Shown piece after piece: positions 40,892 through 53,975 of a DNA stretch of 64,000 nucleotides (its first letter is position 1; every line of letters starts with the position of its first letter). The notes beneath the pieces are model-generated. The model made no database searches and was not told the DNA's origin. It worked only from the letters and a program-made list of their open reading frames with translations. Both the position numbers and the translations under genes were made by a program. The DNA comes from Eledone cirrhosa (lineage: Eukaryota). The DNA lies in the NCBI GenBank assembly GCA_964016885.1, contig OZ024743.1, positions 62,434,001 to 62,498,000 on the forward strand. Direction: 5' to 3'.

Positions 40892-40944
<53 letters not shown>

Positions 40945-41711
40945 TTAGTTGTTATACATATACATATATATACATATGCATATATATACATATACATATA
41001 TATATGGTGGCTGCCAACTCGTTTTCGAGTACGGCCACTACTCTATATCCATGCAGGAGAACCCCTATCGATGCGCTGAACGAGTGTGGCTTTTTAGTCC
41101 AGCCAGCGACTTGAAAACTCTGGTACAAACACTACACTTGTGACAATTATTGACACATAGTGCTGGGCCCATGGTACCAAGTGATGACAAGTGCAGAGAG
41201 ATCTCCAGATATAAAGCAATGCCTGTGCCGTGAAGCTTTTATAGTGAGCAAAGGCACTGCACAAAGCCAGTCCCACTCTCTTAACCAAGATGATATTTAC
41301 CAAAAAGAAGAACAAGTCAACATCATTGGATACCATCAGGGTTGCAAGTGTTATATCAGAGTTTTCCTTCTCCTAGAATTCTGCCTTGACAAAGGCTAAG
41401 GGGTCATCTCTCCCGGTGATTTTGGATGGCCATTGACTCTTATGAGCTCCTTTGCCCTTTGACAGGTTTTGTTTTTAGTTCTGCAGGATGTCCAAAGTCA
41501 CCCTCCTCACCAAGAAACCTTGGTGGGGTTCCCAGTTTAGTCGCCAACGACCCGACCATGAGACAGGTTGTACTGGGATACATGTTACCTGTAGCACCAA
41601 CTGGTGACTTGACATATATACATATATATATACATACATATACATATATATACATATACATATATATATACATATATATATACATATATATACATATACA
41701 TATATATATAC

Positions 41712-41754
<43 letters not shown>

Positions 41755-41764
41755 CGTATACATA

Positions 41765-41809
<45 letters not shown>

Positions 41810-41846
41810 ATATATATATATACATATATAAACATATATATATAGT

Positions 41847-41929
<83 letters not shown>

Positions 41930-41931
<2 letters not shown>

Positions 41932-44900
41932 AAATAAAATAAATAAGTCAAATGTTTAAAATTTGGCTTCGTTTATTACTGCTATATATATTTCGGTGAC
42001 AGCCATCTTTGGCTATGACCTCTTCAGGCAGTCCGAATTAGTCTGGTAGAGACGAGTACACACGTTGTTGAGGAGTATAACTTTGTTAATACTCTGATAT
42101 GCCCAGTTCCTGGTTGTGTTGTTGTTTCATTGAGGAACTGGAATCATGAATTTAAACAAACGAATTTCAGCGTCCGAGGACATATCCTCCTCTCATTGGT
42201 CAGTTGTGAGAATATTCCTCAGTCAAAAGTCTATAGAAATTCATTCTGAGGCAAGGCAATCTGTAGTGGTTTTTCCTTGTTATTGCTAAGTACATCTGAC
42301 CTCTACTCTTATGTTGGTGGTGTTGATGTTAGAATCAGCTCAAAAAATGATAAAATGGTAGAAGGAATAAGGTGGTGGAGGAACCAAATAAATAATCAAA
42401 TAAAATGTGTGTGTTATACCCAATCTCAATGTTATAAAAATTTGTAAGTTCACTCCTCCCATTGGTCAGTTTTGAGAGCATTCCTAAGTCAAAAGTCTAT
42501 AGGAATTCTTTCTGAGGTGAGGTTCCCTGTAGTATTTGCTTTTGATATTGTTAAGTACATCTGACCTCTACCCTTAATTTGGTAGTGTTGTTGGTGTTGT
42601 GGTCAGCCCATGTTTTGCTGTTGCTGACATTTATAAGTATCTGTGTGTGTTTCTTCATCCATCCTGCCACCATCTCTCGTGGTGGTGGTGGGAGGTGGGT
42701 CTGCCATGTTTATGAAGAAATAGAAGGCAATAAGATGAAGAAAACAGAAAATAAATAATGAATAGAAAATAAATGAAAAATTAATTAATGAAAAATGACA
42801 AATGACAAATGTAAAATGAAATGGAAATTGAAAAATGTAAAATGAGATATGAAAATGAAAAGTGGAAAATAGAAGTGAAGATTCAAATAAAGTAAAATGT
42901 GTGTGTTCTATAACCAATCTCAAGGTCAGAAAGATGTTGGATAAAGTAGTAGGAGGAACAAGATGGTAAAAGAATAAAACGAAATAAGATAATTAAATAA
43001 AAAGTGTGTGTTATAACCATTCTCAACTTAAATATAAGGCAATAAGGTGAAGAAAACAAAACAAATGAAAAATCAATGAAAACTCAATGAAAAATCAAGT
43101 AAAATAAAATGTGTGTGTGTTAGAAAGATATTGGCCAAATTAGAAAAGCTGTGTCAGAATCAATCTCTAGGCTATCATGGTGTCAGCTCAGCCGGGGTGG
43201 GTCCCTATGGCTTGAGGGGAGTTCCCAACCTATGGTGTTGTTACTGCCCATATAGCTTGAGGGAGGTCTGGCCGAGAGGTGTCTACATGTTCCGGAGAAG
43301 TCCCTATAGCTTGAGAGGTGTTCACATCTCAGTGGGTTGCTACTGTCTATATAGCTTGAGGAAGGTCCCGGCCCTGAGGTGTCTGCATGTCCCGAAGAAA
43401 TCGGTTCTGAGGTTTATCAGGCGGCTTCCACCTCTTAGCATCTCGAGGGTCTCGTTCAGACATAGTTTGCATATTCCGGATCCCCCTTTATCGGGTGGTA
43501 CCTTCCTGATTATGGACCAGGCCAGAGAGTACGGGGTCCTGTCCAGCTTCAGCTTCCAGATCAGGTCGGAGAGAGCCGTACTTTTCCTTTTGGCCACCTT
43601 GTTGAAGGAATGGCGATGGTTATACCAGCGGTCTTTAAAGCTCGTTGATGTGGCTCCTATGTAGAGGTGTTCGGAGTTGGGGGTTTTAACCCTACATCCG
43701 TATATTAGGTTCTTCTTAAGGCATTCATTATAGAGAGTGGTCGACCTCTCCGTGCCTAGTGTGGGGTTCCCGTTACGTGTTGCCTGGTGGTCTTCCCCCG
43801 GGTACGGTGGGGGGTCCCCGGGTCTGTTTGAGTTACTTGGGTGTGCACTGGATCGCCCCCTCCCTCCTTCCACATGGTTCTGATGGGTGCTTATATTGCC
43901 ATTTTCTGGTTGTGTGTGTTTTTTAAGCCTACTCCTGTTGATGCTAGCTATGTGTTGGGCCAGATTTCTTGTGGTGGAATACGAGAGCTTCACAGTGTGT
44001 CTGTTGAAGATCTTGTGGTATCTATGGTCTTTCGGGAAGCATTTATCAAGTGCTCCAAAGAATGATCGGGCCAACCTTTTCTTTAGGGCCGCTGAGTAGG
44101 GTGGGTTGTACCACGTGATTTTTCTGCGTCTACTCCTATATGGGTGGGTTGGGGGCGTCGTGAATTGTTGGAGAGTTGTTGGGTTGCTAGTGGTTGCCGT
44201 ATTGTTGTTTCCCCTTTGGGCGCTATGCGTTTTGCTATCTCCACGGCCTGAATCTGTGGGGTGGTCGTTGCCCGCGCTGGGAGATCCACTGTAGGGTGGT
44301 CCCCCGTTAACCCCCCCCCCCCCCCCTCACGTGTCCTGCGGTTGGGGTCGTCGGGCCCGGGGTGGTTATCATCACCCCTGAGACTGCTACTCATATTGGG
44401 TTTCATCTCATGGCTAAGGGTACTCGTCACCATCGCCCGTGTGGTGGTGTCGGGCTCATGGTGCTTATTTGTTTCTGTTCTGCCTGTATTGTTAGGGTTC
44501 GCCTCTTCCCGGACAACGCGGGTGTGTGTGTCCGTTGGGCCATCCCCATCCGGGCGTTTCGGACTATATGTTATATTTTGGCCATGTACCGCCTTATTTA
44601 GAGCTGTGTTGTAATATTCCGCGTTGTTATCAAATATTTCCTTATTAGCGGACAGGCTGGAGATCCTGTCCGAGACACTCTTCACCACGGCCTTGGTTAT
44701 GGATCTAGGGTGGTTTGACTTGGCGTTAACATACACAAGTTTCTCGTTGGGCTTGTGGTAGGGGTAGTATTGCTTGGTGTTCAGGTTTAGAGTGGTGTCT
44801 AGGAAGTTAACTACCTTTCTATTCGGGTCTAATTCGATACTGAGCCCCTGGTTCTTAAAGAAATGGCGAATACGCCTCTTCATTCCCTCCAACCTAGTGG

Positions 44901-45390
44901 TGTTGTGGTCATATACTGTGAAGAGAGCGTCGTCACGATATAATCCGCCGCCCAGGCAGTAGATTTCATCTTTTATCTGCTTCAGCAGGAAGAGCCCAAC
45001 CAGGTCCGTTACCTGTGCTGAGTCGCTGGAGCCCATGGTGATGTCAAAGTTATTTGGCCAATCACTCCTGGCCCAAAGGTCTCCTTCGAAATGGATTATG
45101 GTCTTTCTTGCGGCGTGGATGATGCTCACCTCCTCTCGGGTTAGGTCCGTTTTGGACATCGCTAAGAATAGGGCCTTATTGAGTACTATGGGTGAGATTG
45201 AGGAGTAGTAGCCTACAATATCCAGTTAGATAAAGCTGGTCTTACTTTTCTCATGTAGTATCTTAAACCATTCTATTACCTCTCCGATGCATGACCATTG
45301 CTGTAATCTAGTTTTTTTTCCCGAAGCTTGGGCAAAATCCTATCTAGTATTCTTTTACTGACGATCCCTAGGTCAGATCTGGAGGGGGCA
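41930..45390 (-). mobile_element. 5'-truncated Penelope-like element, probably Naiad-like, with frameshifts
   Basis: ORFs 44083-45159 (FDITMGSSDSAQVTDLVG, GGLYRDD, VNFLD, SNHP) and 43340-44074 (KIFNRHTVKLSYS, LIYGC...LYIGATS, CKLCLNE, CRH); long 3' pLTR ends at (TA)n. Confidence 0.88.
41978..42032 (-). ncRNA. Minimal type I hammerhead ribozyme in PLE pLTR
   Basis: Minus strand: ACTGC CTGAAGA GGTCATAGCC AAAGAT GGCTGTCACC GAAA TATATA TA GCAGT; stem I ACTGC/GCAGT, palindromic stem III. Confidence 0.85.
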
Positions 45391-46225
45391 CCGAAAACGA
45401 TAAACGGAAAAAATGAAACGAACTGTACCCCGGCCAATTAACTCACTCGATATGCAAATTAGGCTGCTCAGCCGTTAATATGCATAAGGAAAGTATATAC
45501 TTTCAGACGTTCAACCATCTGACAGGAAGGTATACGTTGCTGACGATAGGTAATAAGCTTGAAACTAGTACAGCGTTCCTTTGTCAGTGTTGAACAAATG
45601 AGCAACGATGGTTGCTAGACACTGTACGGCTTAATTCGGGATGTGTGTTTACAAATACACCGAGCATTATAATAAATGTTCGGTGAATCCATACGTACAT
45701 ATATATATATATGTGTGCATGTATTATATATATATATATACATACTACTGTACGTCTGTATACATATATGTATGTACGTATACATACTTATATTTAAGTA
45801 ACAGCCGTACTAATAGTGATAAATGAAATTTCGTTTCATTTTTTCCGTTTATCGTTTTCGGTACCCCGGCCGATTAACTCACTCGCTATGCAAATTAGGG
45901 TGCTCAGCCGTTAATATGCATAAGGAAAGTATATACTTTCAGACGTTCAACCATCTGACAGGAAGGTATACGTCGCTGACGATAGCTAATAAGCTTGAAA
46001 CTAGTACAGCGTTCCTTTGTCAGTGTTGAACAAATGAGCAACGATGGTTGCTAGACACTGTACGGCTTAATTCGGGATGTGTGTTTACAAATACACCGAG
46101 CATTATAATAAATGTTCGGTGAATCCATACGTACATATATATATGTGTGTGCATGTATTATATATATATATATACATACTACTGTACGTCTCTATACATA
46201 TATGTATGTACGTATACATACTTAT
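45390..46225 (+). mobile_element. Repeat family A (candidate retrozyme), about two tandem 436-bp units
   Basis: Hammerheads at 45534-45576 and 45970-46012 (consensus ACGTYG CTGACGA TAGSTAATAAGCTT GAAA CTAG TA CAGCGT); octamer ATGCAAAT at 45452 and 45888. Confidence 0.85.
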
Positions 46226-46242
46226 ATATATATATATATATA

Positions 46243-48727
46243 CTAGCAGAAGTACCCGGCGTTGCCCGGGTGTAAGTCGACCTTTGGTCTGTTAGAATGT
46301 GTGAAAGTTACTTCCCGCGCATCACAGGTTCAAAACTTCGAACTTCAATGAAAAAAAATAGGTTAGTAGACACAGGTGTGTAATTTATTAATTGTAGTTA
46401 CACAGTGTATCGTTGAAATTGTTCTCTGCACGACTGACGGAAGTCAAAATCGCTTGATATTGAATGTTCAGTTAATTTAAAGCAGGGTGAAAATATCGAT
46501 TACTTTCAAGGTTTTTTTTTTTTCTTACAATTTTTGCGCTCACATGTGCAGAAGAAGAATTAAAAGGGCCTTTATCTTAACCGCGGCATAATGGCGAGTC
46601 TTTTGTGACAGTTTTCAAGAATATAGGACGTTCCTGTAAAAGGTTTTCCCATGTGTAACTTTGCTTGTTTTTTTGCGCAAAGTCGAGCCCCGCTTCAGTT
46701 TTATTGATTTTTTACATCAATGCGTGATCTCGGAAGTAGATTTGAGTAGCTAAAAACCTGTCCCGGTAAATTTGCTATAGGTGAAAAAAAGTTGATCAAA
46801 ATTGTATCTAGGGTTATTGCCCTTTGCCACAGCCTCAAGCCTCGTCTGACGGGATGTTGGTGATTCCTCCGTCAGCGCTTGTTGGCGACGAAGGCGAACA
46901 TCAGCAAGCCTTGTCGTACGTGATGTTGGTGACTCAACCAGCCGGGAAAGACGTCTATCAGCGAGTCGAGATTCGCGCTCAGCAGGTGTTTCCTAGAGAA
47001 AATTAATTAATTCTACTGGTTAGCTAAGCCAATGGCAGTGTCAATAGTAAATGAGAAAAGTCTAACATGAACAAAAGGGAATCAAGGTAAGACAATAAAT
47101 TTAATATAACTACGATTAGAATGTTGTAGTTGCTTAAAAGTGGTGACAGTTAGGATAAACGCAGTACTTGCTAACATTAAGGGAGAATATTGCATAAAGG
47201 ATTAATCAATTGTGAATGAACTCATACCTGAGAACGCCTAATTCGTTGTCTCAAAGCAGTAGCTGTACCTTTTTTGGAGGTAAGTCTTGAACGTTTCTGT
47301 GTGGGCATAACGACGTGTAACGAAGCTGTTAGGTTAGAGAGAGGTGATTAAATACAGAGAGAGATGACACCAGATTCGTTAGCATGGTTACTGGTGAATG
47401 GGAATGTTTGGAAATATGATTACAATAACTTACCGAATTTTCCGGTTTATAAATTGCACTTAAAATAATTAAATTTAATTAAAAAAACAGCTCTGCGCTT
47501 TATACTCCGGTGAGTCTTATGTATAAATAATACAATGGTAATCAATCACGGCTCTAACAGAAGTAATAGATCTAGACTAAAAGTAAAGAAGATAGCATTT
47601 TCCTGGTTGGCCTTACACACCGTTGCGCGGACCTGATTTTAAATGATACGCCTTATAGAGCGGAAAATATCTATTGGAAAAGAATACGAATTCATGACCA
47701 AGGTGTGACAAAATAGGCGTCTATACAGCGCCTGAAACAAACTTGTCCAAAACCCTAGGATTTTTCTCGTTAAGTATCCACCCAAAAGGAATCGTTTTTT
47801 AGTTACAAAAAATAACCGAAGTGTATAGTAGCTATATTTCTGACATATCATGCCAAAAAGAACAATATATTCAAAAAATGTTCTAAAGTACATTCAATCT
47901 CTCTTTTTGACCGATATCTTAATAAGCAAGTTATCGATTTTTTATTGGCTGTCAGTGTCTATCTGCATGCAGGTGTGCACGTGTGCGCAATTAATTGCAA
48001 ATACGCTCATAACATTTAGTCGTAAGCAGAAAAAAAAATGCCATTAGAGGTGGGCTAATAATGAAGACACAAACCCTGGTGAACTTACGTTTAAACACCC
48101 GAAAAGTTACTCACTTCCTGTGCAAAAGACTGTATTATAAATTAAGTAATTTTTTAGAATCTTTTGTTTAAAAAAGGAAAACATTGGTACGGAAGTAACA
48201 TTTTTTACAACTTTGTATGTGTACAATACAACTTGGTCAACGTATTTTTTTTTTCAAAAAGCATGATTATTTAAGACTGTTTGAAAATTTACTCACAGCT
48301 TTTAGCATCACAAAAGACACCATTAAATTTGGTTCCCTTTTCAGATAGGGATAATCATGTATTTCCACTTGAGTAAGGTGGAATATAAAAAGATAAACTC
48401 TTTAATGGTCGGTCGTTTACTGAGACAGCTGGGAAGACATGCAGCTGGCCGTCCAATCAATAACGCACGTCCTTATATGGGCATATGAAATTTATTTTTA
48501 TTGCGCCAGATGTTCTTGTGTTCGAATTCACATAAAATTTCATTGGAATCGAAAAGCATTCTGTCATAGGGCCCGATTATAGATTTTTCGAAAATTTCAA
48601 GTAGCCTATTCCACTCTACGCGTTGAGTTTTATATATGTGTGAGGTTTCATGAAAATTGGATGAACGGTGTAGCATGCAAGTTGGGAACACCAAACAATG
48701 TCCATCTTCCCTTTCTCTATATATAGA
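46243..48727 (-). mobile_element. Non-autonomous Helitron, about 2.5 kb
   Basis: Minus strand starts TCTATATATAGAGAAAGG and ends with hairpin CCCGGGCAACGCCGGG then TACTTCTGCTAG|T; inserted in TA repeats; no long ORF. Confidence 0.8.
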
Positions 48728-48734
48728 TAGATAG

Positions 48735-48905
<171 letters not shown>

Positions 48906-48966
48906 CATATATATATACATATATATATATACACATATATATATATACACATATATATATACATAT

Positions 48967-49069
<103 letters not shown>

Positions 49070-49082
49070 CATATATATATAC

Positions 49083-49177
<95 letters not shown>

Positions 49178-49206
49178 CATATATGTATATATATACATAT
49201 ATATAT

Positions 49207-51463
<2,257 letters not shown>

Positions 51464-51492
51464 CCTAACTGTACCAAGGATTACACACATTT

Positions 51493-51650
<158 letters not shown>

Positions 51651-51692
51651 CCGATTCAACCCGGAATAACGTATATATATATATATATATAT

Positions 51693-53332
51693 ATCCGCAT
51701 ATCTCGTTTGTCCGCTAATGAGCAGATATTCGGCGAACACGCGCCTCATTACAACCAGGCCCTCAAGCGGAGTGGCTTCCGGGAGGAAATATCCTTTTAT
51801 CCAGCTGCCCTTAGCGGAACCAGCAGGCGACACCGCCGCTCACACAACGTAACGTGGTTCAATCCTCCCCATAATGCTGAGGTGGCAACACCTATCAGGA
51901 AAATCTTCTTTAGATTCCTCGAAAAACAGTTCCCACTACAACACCGCTACCACAAGATAATCAACAAAAACACCATCAAACTCTCCTACAGCACCACACC
52001 TATCTTCGCACAAAACATCGTCTCCTCAAACAACAAAAAACTCAACCCCTGTGGAAGAAATAACTTAGACATCAGTGGAGAGCCGACCAGGAGGTGTAAC
52101 TGCCCTGATAGATCTACGTGCCCCCTCAACACAAATGCCGAGAACGTAATGTGATCTACCAGTGCAACGTGAGGACGGACACCTCCAACAAAGCTTATAT
52201 AGGATTAACCGCGTGTGACTTCAAGACCCGGCTCTACCAACACCGACATACTTTCCGAAACCCGGTCTGGCGACATGCCACTACACTTTCGAGCCACATA
52301 TGGGACCTCCAAGATAATAATATAACCTACAATCTCACTTGGAGCCTACTGTCCAGAGCGAACTCTTACACGGGAGGACGCCGTCCGTGTAACTTATGCT
52401 CGGATGAAACATTACAAAACCTGTTTTCGAAGGACCAACTGCTAAACAAGAAAGACGAACTGGTAACCGCATGCAAACACAGATTGCGTAGGACTTACCT
52501 CGCCCTCAAACCCCATAACGACCCGGGTGGGTAGACAAGGGCTGATACCCCCCCCCCCCACTTGCCGAATAAGTTAGGGGAAACCCCAGCTTACATAGGT
52601 AGATGTATCTCTTTTCTTTTCCTCTTTGTCTTCTTCTTCCCCCTGTCTCATCCTATCACTTCCTTCCACCCCTTATTTTCTTCCTCGTCTGCTTTTCCCC
52701 TTTCGCCTACCCCGATACAGCCCATCGGGCCTCGGTAGCATCAGTTCCCCCACCCCTGTAATTTTAAGATAGAATTGGCCGAATTTCTTTTACTAACTAC
52801 TTATAGCAGATGTGCTAAACCCCTTTAATGTTGTATCAGTTCTGTTACTACTCAACTTCTTAGTTTTTTCTATTCTCAACTTATTAACCTGTAATTGTAA
52901 GATAGCATTGTAATTTTTTTTATTCATCTCTCACTATCTAATTTTATATATATTTTTTTTAATTTCTATTATCTTTTATTGTCTCCTACTCTCATTCGAT
53001 TTACCTATTCTATAACCTCCCTCCTCCACTTCATGCACTATCCTTAGAATCTGCTGTATACATATCACTCTCAACGCTTGACCGCTCCACTCACTCCCCT
53101 ATTGTTCTACAGGCAAGTTCAGCCACCCCTACCTCCCACCAAATGCCATGATAGACTTATTTGTATTGACAACAAATTTTAACCAATCCTCTTGACAACT
53201 ACAATATTCCCATATAAGGAAGTCCCCCTTGACAAGTTCGGCTATTTATTCACCAGGCTAAAAATTCTAATTTAGTCCAGAAATAGCCGTCGAAACGGCT
53301 TGAGCTCTGCCGTCGGGGTCATACTTTTTCCT
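51693..53332 (+). mobile_element. 5'-truncated Naiad-like PLE fragment (thumb, GIY-YIG, pLTR)
   Basis: [32 protein letters not shown] (frameshift), VIYQC...AYIGLT, CNLCSDE, CKH; between TA tracts. Confidence 0.87.
53225..53318 (+). ncRNA. Type I hammerhead ribozyme with U3-A8 core variant
   Basis: CCCC TTGACAA G..CGGCTATTT[loop]AAATAGCCG.C GAAA CGGC TTGAGCTCT GCCG TC GGGG. Confidence 0.75.
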
Positions 53333-53374
53333 ATATACATATATATATATATATATATTATTCAAAATATATGC

Positions 53375-53434
53375 TTTATTATATATATTTCGGAGGCACT
53401 GTGCTGTTTTTTCAGTATGTCCTCATCAGATAAA
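53375..53434 (-). ncRNA. Minimal type I hammerhead ribozyme (intact copy in the inverted pLTR; sense copy at 57665-58409 is disrupted)
   Basis: Minus strand: TTTAT CTGATGA GGA..TCC GAAA TATATA TA ATAAA. Confidence 0.85.
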
Positions 53435-53975
53435 ATACATAAATTGATGTATGACATACCTCAACTGTGCTGATGGTTCAATTCCAGTCTTGGCTGTGAT
53501 TTATTACAACAAAACTCAATATTTATATACCACAAGTAAAAGTGTGACAAACTAAATATGATGGAGAGGGGTAAGTAGCGAGATATAAGTATTAGGAGTG
53601 GGTGGGTAGGAGAAAGTATAGAAGAAATAAATAAACACATAAGTATATAAATGTTAAATATTTAAATATGTAAATATCCGTGTTAGAGAAAAAGACAAAA
53701 GAGAGAGTGCTAAATAGAAGAGAAAAGGGAAAAAGATACAAAGATGAAGATAAAAAGAAGGGAGAGGGAGATAAAGCATATATTTTGATTATGTGAATGT
53801 ATCCATTTATTAATATTTTGAATAATATTAATAACTCCAGAAAACTTCACTGTTGAGTGCTTTTAATCTATTGTAAAACTATTCAATGAATAATCAATGA
53901 ACCTTGTTAACATTTGGTCATATTTAGTTCCCTGAAGGTAGAGCGCTTATTCTGCAATAGATTATCAATTAATAA

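Larger units (their letters stand above)
36461..40896 (+). mobile_element. Young Penelope-like element with inverted terminal duplication, inserted in (TA)n
   Basis: Uninterrupted ORF, near-identical inverted 3' copy, 20-nt extra tail on the right arm (40877-40896), TA repeats on both sides. Confidence 0.9.

Noticed and set aside
41070-41125. CTGAACGAG...GAAA hammerhead-like string
   Set aside because: The core spacing is off and no stem I or stem III pairing could be built.
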